From contig JAQGDQ010000086.1 of NCBI GenBank assembly GCA_030141605.1, forward strand, positions 119,418 through 183,417: DNA of 64,000 nucleotides, written 5' to 3'. The notes under the pieces were generated by a model. That model searched no databases and was not told the origin of the DNA. It worked only from the letters and a program-made list of their open reading frames with translations. Within the stretch, counting starts at the first letter, position 1. Each line of letters starts with the position of its first letter. A program made the position numbers and the translations under genes. Positions 1 through 12,121 of the stretch are shown in pieces. This DNA is from Tubiluchus corallicola. Taxonomy: Eukaryota > Animalia > Priapulida.

Positions 1-1792
1 ATTTCTGGGTTATCAATTATGAGACTGTACATATCAATAGTGTTGCTTTGGCTTCAGACAATCGTACACAGGTGATGTCACTTGCATGAGATGGCTTGAG
101 TGACTGACATGGCTTCAGGTTAGCGGGCAGTTCTGTTTTTTGCATCTATCAAAGCTTGCTAATGTAAATATTTTCATTTGTTCGAACTAAATGTTTTGGC
201 ACACTTTTCATAAGATTGCATTCAAATGTGTTTCACAGTCGAAATTATGTAGAATTCGCCTTAAAAAATCGTTGAAAACATCACTTCAACATCACAGAAC
301 AGCAACTTTGCCTAAAATTCTGCAATGCGTTCGATATCTACTTTGATTTCCTAGGACACTATATGGCAATTTTCCATGCGACCTAACTATTGTTTCCATG
401 GGATACCTCTATTTTGTGAAGATTGCATCCGTCTTTGTCATTAAATTTTTATATGGAAAATTCATCGTCGTTATTTTCACTAATAATAGGAACTTGACAT
501 TCATTTAGTATACAAAATCATAGTTATACGAACTATTCTGTTGTTGATTTTGAAATAATCAGCAATTTATGATTATAAAATTTATTTTTAATCGTTTCCA
601 AAGTTCTGAGGGTTGTGTAAATTTTTCTTATGTGCCTATTTTCGTAGCTTATAAATGAGTAAAAATGTGTCTGCCTTTCCCAGGCTTTCAGAGGAGCATG
701 GTTTTTCAGTATGGTAAGTTGCATGGGGAATGTGGCTGTGTTTGCAGCTTAAATAGACATTCGCTCTCGCATTTTACTTAGCGAACAATAGATGGCAGAC
801 ATTTACTATATGATTATGCAACGTCAAATTTTACATTTTTGTTCTTTGTGCATTGATTTTTTGTACCATTCAAGGTGTTGTACATCCCTTTTCACCAGTG
901 TTGTACACAATAACTTCCTGACTAGTCTAGCCTTCATAGCAGTAATGTGAGCTGGTAAGTTAATTAATAAGGCAACACAAATGTGTGAAAGACTTACGAC
1001 TCCAAGCTATAAGAAATTTGGCGGTAAAGATTTTGTCGCTTTTAGTACCAGATGTAGGATGCATTTCAGTGTGGTGTGCTATGGAACTTGAGAGGATAGT
1101 CAAGGCACAGGTCATTTACAACTCAAAAATTGCATGGAGTTGGTCCAAGTTTGGGCAACTTCTAATGACAGATGGGAAACAGCTTTTTGCAGATAATCGG
1201 TAGTCCATGACCTTGAGTGTGTTGTTCAAGTTCAAAGTCATAGGTTATGGAATTAGCCTCCGAACTTAGCTTACATGTTGCATCAGATAGTGGAAAGATT
1301 TTAGTACTAGTCAATGGCCGTTGTCAGTTAGTGATTTCAGAAAATGTAAGGAATTGGGTAATCAGTGTTATACTACTCATAAAGAATCATGAGGACAATT
1401 TTCTTGAGGATTGTATGAAAATTTCTTTGTTTGAGGAATATGCATTTAAGTATGCGGAGTAAACTGAGAAGTGCAAAGGATAATTTAGTATATGTCATTC
1501 ATTACAATTTTTGTACTGTTTTGGCAAATTTGAACAGTTCATTGCGCAGCCAACAAAATTTGCGTAAAAAAATTTAAAAATTTCTGTATCCTGCTTTCCA
1601 TCCCGAAAAAATACTGGTCTATATAGAAAAACATACAGCATTGTTTACAATCTGCCATCTTTTTGTCTATAATCCAGCCACCAGCATTTAGCTATAGAAT
1701 TAATGATTAATGGCAAAATCTTTTAACATTTATTTCGTTAACTGATGCATAGAGTTTGCTTCTTGCATGTTTTTAATGCTTTTATATTTCAG

Positions 1793-1851
1793 CTGGGGAG
1801 GATTGCACAACAGCGGTGGATATCTACGCTTTTGGCATTTGCGTTTTGGAG
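1793..1851 (+). CDS. NRBP1: NRBP exon (GEDCTTAVDIYAFGICVLE)
   Basis: tttcag acceptor, gtaaga donor; kinase subdomain IX-like DIYAFG. Confidence 0.9.
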
Positions 1852-4800
1852 GTAAGAAACTAAAATTTTTTGTGTGCTTGTATGTTGTTTACAAAATATC
1901 ACAATTAATATTATTGTTTGTATGGAAAAATCCTTGCATCAGTCAATCATGCATGTTAAACTGTAACTGCACAGTGTTTTGGAAACTTTTTCATGGTAGT
2001 TATAGTTTGTGTTAGCCACTAGCAGCATTGTAATTGTGTTATTTGTTAATGTGTGGCTTTAACTTGAAAGTTAGTTACATTTTTGTTAGTTGTATGTGAA
2101 TTATTTAGATGTTCATGCAGTCTAATGATGCCATTATCCAAGATATTTGTTTACGGCACTGTACTTTACTTTCATTGTTTTGACTGACATCACTTGTAAC
2201 TAGTTATAACTTCATTTACTTAAGATTTTGTCTACATTCTTCTTACAAAAATAAAATTTTGGCTTAACTCATTTTAATTTATGACTGAAACTTGGTGCTA
2301 TTCACATGACTTGGTAACTTATTTTGCATTGTATAATTAAGCTGTTCTTTTCTCAACATTTTGCTATTGTAAAAGAATCTAAATAAATTATGTGGTTAAA
2401 GTAAATTAATTTTACTTTTTTGATCTATAGATGGCAACGCTAGGTAACATATCAGGGAATGGTGAAGGGATAGCTGTTACTGATGAAGCTATACACAAAG
2501 CCATAGATCTACTTGATGATAGTCTACAAAAGGTATGTATAAATGTTAGGAGTAATTATCACTTTAATTTTCACACGGCTGAAATAACTGTTTCTTGTTG
2601 AAAATCAACTCAAGGATTGCATTAGGCTCGCTAATATAGCAAATGATTGCTTTAATTATGATGCGACAATACAGTATAAAAACATTAATACAGAACACAA
2701 TAATAAATAAAACATTGCAGCTGTCTTACCCCCTGATAATACCCAATGAAAGTTCTGCATAGTTATACCCTTAGCCAACCACTTAACACCAGTAAATGCG
2801 GTGCATCCAGGATATTGGGTGATAGGATTTCTGTGAATAAATCATAGTTGCAGAGTTAAATTTCTACATAACTGTAAAAACAACTTGACGATTCGAAAAT
2901 TTGAACAAATTTGTTTATCTGTTTGCTTTATTGATTATGCTTGTTTTTACAACTGATATAGAGTATAGTATAATTCCAACATTTTTGCAAACATACTGAC
3001 CAAGTTTTCCATTGTTTGTTTTACAGGATTTCATTCTCAAGTGTTTGTTTTACAGGATTTCATTCTCGAGTGTTTGTTTTACAGGATTTCATTCTCAAGT
3101 GTATAGAGAAGGATCCAAAGAAGCGGCCGAACACAAGGCGACTTCTGCTTCACAAGGTTTTATTTGAAGTGCACTCGCTAAGACTACTAGCGGCACATGT
3201 TCTTGTAAATAACTCTAGTAAGTTCATGTTGCTTTTGTAATCATGGAGCAGTTCTTTAATGGCACTAAATGAATTGGAGACAGGGATTTTAAGTGCTGGG
3301 TGTTCAACTATTATGCAAATGTTTATTTTTTCATACTTGAAGAACATTCTTGTCTTTATTTCGTTAAAAGCCAAATAATATTAATGAGATTTAACTGTAA
3401 ATAGGTTATATGTAATAAGCACCACTTAAAACTATTTTGTTTATTACTTTTTTATCAACATTCTGGCTAAATCAGTACATTTTCATATGTTAATGGCTAG
3501 CTTTAGTTATATAAACTTGTTCCAGGTTTGTTAGATAATATTTCCGAGGAATCGTATAAGGAGAGAGTAGAAGGGGAATTTGCATTTGTTCCTGCCCGAA
3601 ATGGAACGCAATTGACTTACAAGTGAGCAATATCTTAATGAGTTTCTTCTGCAGCAATTTAAATTTCTACCTTTCCAAGTTTTACATTTGTTAGTAAAAA
3701 TGCTAATTGGTCGGGTTACCTGGTAGACAATGAAACAAATGCTTTAAGGCCGTGAAGGCCATGTTCATTTAATCACAAAATGTGCATAAAAACCTTTTTT
3801 GGAATTGCTGAGAATTTGGAATTTTATGAGAAATACATGCAGTCTTTTGTTTGCCTGATTTCGAGTGATTAGCTTTATTAATTTTATAAGAGAAAAGTAG
3901 CCTCTTTGTAATTGCAAGCCGTCTTCTGCTTGTATTTATATCAAAAGCTAAGTGTTTTTATAATCATACATCAAAAGCTCTGTTATATCGTGTTACGATT
4001 ATTTATGTTGTAAATGCTTACTGTCTCATATTTTGTCTTTTGAGAACTATGCCATGTCTGTACAAATCTGGTCGTGCGTAATAGGAACTGAACTCAATAT
4101 AAAACTGTTGTTTTTTAGTTATTCTGAATTATTACTGAAGGAAAAACTAGAAAAATTCCTAGAGGATGTAAAGTATAAAATTGTTGTTTTTTAGGTATTC
4201 TGAATTATCACTGAGGGAAAAACTAGAAAAATTCCTAGAGGATGTAAAGTAAGTAGTCTTATTTGTTTCTGAGTTCCCAGGGTTGCTTGTTTTTGTTTCC
4301 CCCATTTCTATAAGAGTTGGCATTTTCTCAACTGTTGTACATCCATGTACAGGATTAGTTGATCCGTTATTGACTAATGCAATCTGAACTAACTAAATTA
4401 TCAGTGGCAGTTGCGGTTTTTCGGTAGTTCCGCAGTTTCGGTTTACAGTCAAATTAATTGCCTTTTTATTATACAAGAAAGGAGGTCATGAAATCAGAGC
4501 CATCTCTCCAGTTTCCAACTTTCTTCAAACTAAATAGTCTTGGTGAGAACAATGCTGAGTGGTCACAAGTGTGCACTTTGCTGTGATAGTGAAGCAGCAC
4601 TAAGTATTGTTGGTAAATAAATAAAGCTGCTTCTAGACGTTTTTACCATCTATATTGTTGCTAACCATTTCCCTCATTGTTGAAAAATATACACTCGTCT
4701 GAAATAAGTCCTATCATTTCAGTGTCTCACCTTAGAAGATTATGTTAGAAAATAAATTAAATTCCGGTTCTACTACAACCATACATGATCAGTAATAAGC

Positions 4801-7680
4801 AGTAAAGTGCTGCAATCTGGCTCCAGTGTACCTTATGGCTCATTCAGATTATCGAGGTTTCTCATCAAGTATCTCCCAAGCATGTTCAGACTAGAGAACA
4901 AAACTTGCTGCATGTCACTCTACGACAGTAAGTGCGAACTGACAGTTCCTTCTCTGTTCACTGTGGGTAGTGTCTAGACTAACTAGCCGAGGCATTTACA
5001 CTATACGGTAAATTAACTCTCAGCAACTGTTGGAGAGTTTACAATTTTTTACTTATAGTAACTCGCAAAGCAGTTTACTCTTGCGAGTTTGCTGTCAGAG
5101 AGAAAACAGAACAGAAAACTCTAGTCTGAACACGCTGTTACTACATAAAACTGGACTGTAAGCTGCTCCTTATACGTGTATTAGCACTGTGTACAAAACT
5201 GTACTTACTAACTAAGTAATGATAAACCATTGTCACTCATATCTACCACGTGTAAAGTAAACATGCTTCTCAAATTGCTATTTTTTCCAAAATTTTTACA
5301 TAAACAAGAATCATCAATTTAAGTGTGTACTTTTTAACACAGATGTGGCATCTACCCTCTGACTGCATTTGAGATTCCTGGTATTAAGTTGCGACCTCGC
5401 GCTGTCTCGCCAGAAGTGGCCGAATCGGTGAAGTCGAATACTCCAGAGCCACTTGATGTGGAAACCCGCAAAGTGATGACAATGCAATGTAATGTGAAGC
5501 CAGATGAGGAAGGAGAAGGGATACAGGTAGAATTATAATATAGTTTAATTTTTTAATTTGAAGATTAGCAATTCATGACGCAATGAACCCACATTTATAA
5601 TCATCACATTGGATTTGTGTCAAAGGGTTCATTATTCAAATTCAAGCTTTGAATTTTCCTTGACTTTCACATTTCTTTTACATCATTTGGGGAACTACTA
5701 TGTATGAAAACAGTTAATGTTGTCATCACTCTCTGCACTATTGTCGTCATTATCATCATGTCATTATCTCCATCATTACATTACTATCGTCAAGACCACT
5801 GACAATCATTGTTGTCACCATTGTCATCTGTATAGTTATTATTAATGTAATAAAAATTTGTTTCTTATTTCAATAATAATGTAGAAATATATTTATGTAA
5901 ACATAAACGTGTGAGCTTATTATGAACAACAAAACAAGATAACTTAAGCAAATTAAGAAAGCTCTAAAAGTAGAAGTAAAAGTATACATAGAAGAGGCTG
6001 CTTCTCTAACTTTTCGCATGTGCAACATGCAGCATACACCACTATCTAAAACGTAACATTTTGCTATCAACTAAACAACTGCATGTTAGTCCACTATTTT
6101 GCAGTCATTTTTAGGTAGATTCAAACAACATTTCATGAAAGAGACTTTATAAGTTCATTCTGATATTTCTTTATTTTCTAAGGGGCATCATATAAGCTTA
6201 TTATGAAAACGCTTATTATTTTTTTCATGTGAGAATATAGCAGTGTAATATTTATGGAACTTGCAGAAATCAAATTGATAATTTGCATTCATAAAAAAAC
6301 TCTGATTTTTTGTGATGATTTAGTGTTTTTTTTTGTATGTTCTCATATCGTGTAATTAAAACGAGTGTTTATTACTTGAAAGACTTTTCTGTAAATTGCT
6401 AAACTTGCTATTTTTTGTTTGTTATGGTTCCTTGTCCTGTTCTTTTTCAGCTTTTTTGTTTTATTTTTTATTTTTTAGTCATTTTAAATTAGAAAGTTGC
6501 TTTGATTGTTGGCGAAGGATGGCCAACATACTACCAAATTGTACTGTGATGCTTTTGTTTGCCATGAGTTACACTGAGAATTTTGACGGTACAAAATAGT
6601 AATTAGTTTTTCTTAATCTTTAAACAACTGTCTATTTCAGATGACATTATTGTTACGGATGGAAGACAAGATGAATCGACATCTAAGCTGTAAAGTATTA
6701 GACCAAGACAATAGTACGGATCTTGCTCATGAGCTTGTTCACTATGCATTTATTAATGAGGTAAATTAATACTCGAATTTTTGAAACTAGATGAGCTAGC
6801 TCGTTGCTTTAATAGAATACGAAATCTCAGAAGTGCCAGTTTTCATTTTTCTTACGTAGCTGCTTGATATTTTAAATTGGTATTCCCACTGCTTCATTTG
6901 GTCTCTACCGTCGACCAACCATGTGCATATTATAGGCATGAAACTAGCTTGCTTTTGAAACTTAAAAAGTCTTGAATCAAAATTAACGTTTAGAAAAAAT
7001 CACTCATTGTACTGAACTCGGTTTTGTGATTAATATAGGGCTTTACCAGTACAAATTGTGATTTGCTAAACTTTCAGAACTGTTTTTAGCTTGATGAAAA
7101 TTATTTTGTGTACAAATGTCAAGATGTTTTCATTAACCAGTGTCATCAGATATACTCTTGCACATAAATAATAGTAATTATTTAGACTTTAGAGCTTTGT
7201 TGATAATTATAATTACAAATACAAAATTAGCATAAATCTTATGATGACAGAGAATGAACTATTAACTGTAGAAAACCGCAATGAGGTGTAAAGCAACGTA
7301 GCAAGACAGCAAAAGTGACAAACTTGACGTAAAACTGGCAAGCTTCACATTTTGTTATTTATCTTACTGAAAGAGTTTTGTATATTACATTGTTGTTCTC
7401 TACTAATAAGCAATGATGCATATTAGCAATAAGTAACATTAAATTTTCTTCTGTTTTTGGCAATGGACAGTTGAAAATACCATTCTGTTTGGCCTTGTTT
7501 AGTGTTACCCAATTTTATATTGAACAATTACTATTTCCTTAGGCCGACAAAGATAGAGTAGCAAGCTTCATCGACGAGCATTTGCGCTCGTTGCGCAATC
7601 AAATGGCGCCAGACTCGACAGCTCCAGGCATGGTTAATGGATTCCAGGTTGTGCATCAGACACCGTCTGTGTCCTCATAG
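1793..7680 (+). CDS. NRBP1: Nuclear receptor-binding protein (NRBP/MADM pseudokinase), 5'-partial; join(1793..1851,2431..2532,3085..3217,3526..3622,4195..4248,5343..5526,6641..6760,7543..7680)
   Basis: Phase-consistent GT-AG exons translate to TTAVDIYAFGICVLEMA..., LFEVHSLRLLAAH, LEKFLEDVKCGIYPLTAF, TPEPLDVETRKV, LLLRMEDKMNRHLSC, ELVHYAFINEAD, which are hallmark NRBP segments; TAG at 7678-7680. Confidence 0.93.
2431..2532 (+). CDS. NRBP1: NRBP exon (MATLGNISGNGEG...DSLQK)
   Basis: ctatag/gtatgt, phase 0-0, 102 nt. Confidence 0.9.
3013..3102 (+). repeat. 29-bp tandem repeat x3 spanning an NRBP splice acceptor
   Basis: tgtttgttttacaggatttcattctc(a/g)ag repeated, with AGs ending at 3026, 3055 and 3084. 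Confidence 0.95.
3085..3217 (+). CDS. NRBP1: NRBP exon (DFILKCIEKDPKKRP...EVHSLRLLAAHVLVNNS) with BC-box-like motif
   Basis: Third of three tandem acceptors and the only in-frame one; donor gtaagt. Confidence 0.88.
3526..3622 (+). CDS. NRBP1: NRBP exon (LLDNISEESYKERVEG...QLTY)
   Basis: ttccag/gtgagc, phase 1-2 matches flanking exons. Confidence 0.85.
4119..4172 (+). CDS. Duplicated copy of NRBP 54-nt exon (YSELLLKEKLEKFLEDV); possible alternative exon or pseudo-exon
   Basis: 76-bp tandem duplicate keeps the AG acceptor and an open frame; donor is weak (gtataa). Confidence 0.4.
4195..4248 (+). CDS. NRBP1: NRBP exon (YSELSLREKLEKFLEDV)
   Basis: ttttag/gtaagt, phase 2-2. Confidence 0.88.
4879..5136. 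mobile_element. MITE-like element with 18-bp terminal inverted repeats
   Basis: agcatgttcagactagag ... ctctagtctgaacacgct (17/18 match); internal inverted repeat aactcgcaa/ttgcgagtt. Confidence 0.6.
5343..5526 (+). CDS. NRBP1: NRBP exon (CGIYPLTAF...EGIQ)
   Basis: acacag/gtagaa, conserved GIYPLTAF and ETRKV. Confidence 0.92.
6641..6760 (+). CDS. NRBP1: NRBP exon (MTLLLRMEDKMNRHLSC...FINE)
   Basis: tttcag/gtaaat, conserved C-terminal domain. Confidence 0.92.
7543..7680 (+). CDS. NRBP1: NRBP last coding exon (ADKDRVASFIDE...SS*)
   Basis: ccttag acceptor, in-frame TAG; AATAAA at 7801 and further downstream. Confidence 0.88.
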   Translation, partial: ADKDRVASFIDEHLRSLRNQMAPDSTAPGMVNGFQVVHQTPSVSS

Positions 7681-10091
7681 CAGTAGCCATTCCATAGCTA
7701 TTTACTACAAAATTCCAGCATGTTTTGAAATATGCTACAAACTGTCTAGGTTTTAATAATTATGTATATTATACTTAATATATAGTTAACTATCGTCCTC
7801 AATAAATGGTCAATGGTCGCTTAAGAAAATGAATCGTATGGAGTTTCATATAGTTTTTAAACAGGGTATTGTGCTTGAGGTCTTACAATTGATCATAAAT
7901 ACAAATATTTCTCAGGTGCAAGATTTCTCATATCTGCAGTTTTCAAATCATAGCTGTTACGTAAATTGTTACTGGTGTTACAGGTACTCATACCAGGTGA
8001 GCACATGGCTTTGTCATAGTATTATGCTTGTACTTAGCTGAGGTTTTAGAGATTTATGTCATTGGTGGTTTCTTCGCATAGTAAGACTCCTTGGTGGAAC
8101 AGGTGATTGTTTTTTGTTGTGCTGAACATTTACAATTTTCATCAATGGTGAGTTGCAGTAGCCTACCTCTTAGAGTCATTGTCATCATTTGCAGCAATTT
8201 TATGGTAGTCAAATTTTGACAACTAAATTGTTGTTAGAATTTGTTGCCAAAAAAGTGGTCTGTTCATTGATTTGTGAATTGCTCTTTATTTTTTCTGTTA
8301 AAAGTTATTGTTTCTTTTCATGCAGAGCAGCGATTAATAGCGTTTAAGCCTGATAATTGCTCTAATTGTCTATGAAAAATCAAAATTATTAGTTTTTCTG
8401 GTTTTTGGAAATACATGTACACTCTTTTTTCTTGTTCTTAGATTAAAATTTCGTCTGTCATAGTAGACATGATGACTCTGCTTTTTTTTTCCATTAATGA
8501 TACCTGTGTATTTAATAATAACAAAAGACAGCAGAAAGTCTGTAGTGAAACTCAATAACTTTTTTATTGTTTTCTGTTATCATCAGATAACTAGGTTAGA
8601 GGATGGCTAAATACATCTCTATATCACCATTGTGCACTTGTGTATTTAATTACTAAACTGTTTACCTATTATACTCCATGTAGGAGTTTTAAAGTAAGGT
8701 TTACCTAAGCTTTGAATAATTATGTTTCAGTTAGTTATTGTTAGTACAAAACCAAAACTATAACCATATTTAAGGGTACAATTATAACACGCCAAGGTTT
8801 AGTTTTATATTATTTTGTAATTTAAAGGTTTTTTGTGAATTTAAATTATTTGATACCAATTGTATTACGAGCACTTAACTTGTGCGTTTGGATGAGTTTC
8901 AATTGTATGTAACCTATAATGCATATGATTTGTAAAATTACTTATCCCATCTAACAGTGCTGTAATAATTCCCATAGATGACAGCATTGAAATTGTAAAC
9001 AGTTTTGTATGGTATATTATGCTAAGAATGTGATAAGACTTTTTTGACCTGAAAAGGAAAACATGTGGGTTAGCAGCCCTTTTTACTAAAACTGGCACGT
9101 CGGTGTGTAACTAAGTTACTTCACATACACTTGGAAACTCTTTATCATTTTTCAAATGATAAAAATATTTATTTGGAAATAAAACAGGATTATTAGCAGT
9201 TTCCAAGGATCATAAATGAAGTATTTTTAATAACATTAAAAGGTCATAATTATTTGGACACCAAACATTTTGAGAGTCACTCACTGAAGTTTTGCTTTTA
9301 TGTATTTGTGTAAATAGTTGTTTTTTTATTGCAAAAACATTTTGAAGGTATTAATGCTAAAATTCTCCAAATTGATAAAAATGATTTGCATATCTCATAA
9401 TTTATAAAGTTGACATTGCCATTTTGTATAGTGATAATTCAAAACTTAATAAAAATTATTGTCTTTGCTAATGCCTTTTTCCACCAGGGGTTAAGGTTTC
9501 ATTTTTGACCTAAGATGCAGGTTCATGATTATTGTCATTTTCTGCAATTGTAAACTCAGTATTGTGTTGATGTGTCGTAACTTCTTTTGTCACCTCAAAA
9601 CAATACCTGGTATCATGCTGGCTTGTTTTCAGACTTCTATTGTATAGGCCTAATGCAATTTCAATAAGTTCAACTTGATTTATGAAGTTTTGTTGCAAAA
9701 AATAGAAGTGATCTGCATCAGATCAGATCTGAGGTTTATAATTGTCAAGTGTTCTGCTTTTAATTACACGTGTTCGTGTTTGGAGCACTAGTGTACATTG
9801 GTGGATATAGAATGCACTGACAAGGTTAGAAATAATGAATTGACAGTAACAATATGATTATGACGGGAATAATATCTGGAATTTGACGGCACTTGCAGTA
9901 AATCTCTAGTATAAAACCTCGTCTAAGCATAATAAAACAGCGCTGTACCGGTCTAGCATGACGTGCTGTACCATGCTTTAGACATGTACACTGAGGGATT
10001 TGCACGTGGTTTGTATATTCACATTACAGTACTGACGCTAATCGAGAAGTTTTTTTAATGAAAAATATCGTTTTAAACTGTGTCTTGAAGT

Positions 10092-10162
10092 ATGGCCTCG
10101 CGACAAATCGTGAAAAAGATTATCCAGACTGCTAATGCAGCTGCTGCCGTCGGTCCGTACAG
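10092..10162 (+). CDS. RIDA: RIDA exon 1
   Basis: ATG...GPY, donor gtaagc. Confidence 0.9.
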
Positions 10163-12121
10163 GTAAGCATTGATGGACTTACCAACTAACAGCATGAATA
10201 CAATACTACGAGTGCAGCTTACTATAGTATAAGCTTAATTTATGGTCTTTGGAGAAATAAAAACAAGAATTTTGTGAGCATTTTACTCAAATCACTGTTA
10301 AGATTTCAAGAGTCGTAAACATAGACTCATAAAATAGTAGCGTCTTTTTGATCTGAAAGTATATTGCTGCAGTATGCAGCCCTCCATTCGGTCTCAAAGT
10401 TCTTGTATGTTTGCTACTGACGAGCCTTGCAATATGTGTAGCAGCATAATTTATATAATATGTATACACCACATATTATATATACGTGTGTTATGTATAG
10501 GATTATAAGAATCATTTATTCTATTTGAAGGTTGACGTTGTAGATTAAATTTTATTATAACAACTAAGATAGGCTTATAAAATTACTCGATATTTTTTCA
10601 GTCAAGCTGTACTTGTAGACAGGACGTTGTACATATCTGGTTGTCTAGGATTAGATGCTAAATCTGGAGTTATGGTGGAGGGTGGAGTTGTGGAGCAGAC
10701 TCACCAGGTAAGTTTTTATGGAATTTAACCCACAATCTGTTAAATTAACTCTTGCTACTATACTGTATCTTTACAAGTCAATTTTCTGGCTTTTTATGGG
10801 CTGGTGCCTAAGCTTAACTATTGTTACCTTAGCCCGTTTGGCAAATTGCAAATACGTATTTTCCATCTCCTTGGGTCTCATTTGGAGGTAACCCTATAGT
10901 TCTTGTTCTCTCTGATATGTTGTTACGTTAAGCCATTTTATCATTACCATGTCTACAGTATTTTTACGAAAAAATCTTGCAAAAAGGTCTCGTATCATTG
11001 ATTTCCAGATACTGATAGGTTTGTTGCTCCTTGATTCAGAACTGACACTTGTAAATCCGGTTTTTTTTTCAAACATCTTATCTGTGGAACTCCATTTTTG
11101 CCAGAAAGTTGCTTATCTGTTAGCTAGGTCGAAAATGCCAACAAGTATTTCCCATTGCAGTAAGCCTATTTTTGTACATATATTTGAATTTTCACTTTTC
11201 TGATATGGCTCCTTACTCTTGTGGCCACCACTGGCATTGTTCTGCTCATTTTCTTGTCTTGATCTGCTGGTGAAGTAGAGCCGTAAATTACTGGCTGCCG
11301 AGTGGCTTTTGCTTCATACTGTTTTTGAAGCTGTTAGCTACCTTGCAGCAGATACGTGGTAGAATTGTTCAAAGGTATAGTTCATTGCCCAAATGTGTGG
11401 AATAAATTCTAGATCACTGTGTGAACATGCATAATCCTACATGGGCTAAACTGATAAGTCCTAATTATCACCCAATGGCTTTTGTGATCATTTGTATACA
11501 TTTTAAAGTCATAAATGGTACATAAAAAAAATTAAACTACGTAATTATGTCGTCATAGGCACTAAAGAACATGGGAGAGGTGCTTAAGGCAGCAGGGTGT
11601 AGTTTTGAGAATGTTGTCAAAACGACCGTGCTTCTGGCTGACATCAACGATTTTGCCGCCATGAATGAAGTTTACAAGAAATATTTCACATCGTCTTTTC
11701 CTGCCAGGGCAGCATATCAAGTAGCAAACTTGCCTAAGGTATGTACTTTGGTCATTCCACAATCACGAGAGCCTCATTTGCTATTGATACTATGTACTAA
11801 TATGTCAATAACAGTTACTATCATAAATGTATGCTAACTGTATTCATAAATGAAATGTATGTATACTACAGATGTATACTGTAGTTGCGATTTTATTGTT
11901 ATAGACTTTGTATTTTGAGGAAAACTGATTTAATTCGATATGTAAGCTTTGAAGTTGGTATATAAACACAAAACATACACCCACATATGTATATGTAGTC
12001 TTGTATACATATCATTGCATATATTATTAATTTTAATTGTTTGATATTTTTCTTTTTATAGGCTGGGAGAGTTGAAATTGAAGCAATTGCAGTGACTGGG
12101 CCTTTGGAAATACAGAATTAA
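10092..12121 (+). CDS. RIDA: 2-iminobutanoate/2-iminopropanoate deaminase (RidA/UK114/HRSP12), 138 aa; join(10092..10162,10602..10707,11559..11738,12062..12121)
   Basis: Translation contains [46 protein letters not shown] and VEIEAIA, the RidA/YjgF signature with the catalytic Arg; complete ATG to TAA; AATAAA at 12663. Confidence 0.96.
10602..10707 (+). CDS. RIDA: RIDA exon 2
   Basis: tttcag/gtaagt; [16 protein letters not shown]. Confidence 0.93.
11559..11738 (+). CDS. RIDA: RIDA exon 3
   Basis: catag/gtatgt; [13 protein letters not shown]...LPK. Confidence 0.95.
12062..12121 (+). CDS. RIDA: RIDA exon 4
   Basis: tatag acceptor; [19 protein letters not shown]. Confidence 0.92.
   Translation, partial: AGRVEIEAIAVTGPLEIQN

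Larger units (their letters stand above)
4098..4250 (+). repeat. 76-bp tandem duplication containing a whole NRBP exon
   Basis: Two copies with 4 mismatches. Confidence 0.95.

Noticed and set aside
392-406. X-box-like gtttccatgggatac
   Set aside because: Imperfect match deep in an NRBP intron, not near a start site
985-1462. Two + strand ORFs in an NRBP intron
   Set aside because: No recognisable product; the minus strand has a KSCFPSVIR fragment reminiscent of a decayed LINE 3' end, too weak to call
3013-3102. 29-bp repeats (also 36342-36447 and 27576-27910) as a CRISPR array
   Set aside because: Head-to-tail tandem copies with no unique spacers, no cas genes, and eukaryotic context
10638-10650. 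RidA SGCLG instead of SGQIG
   Set aside because: I recall the Cys variant from insect UK114 proteins, and the catalytic Arg is intact, so it is unlikely to be novel
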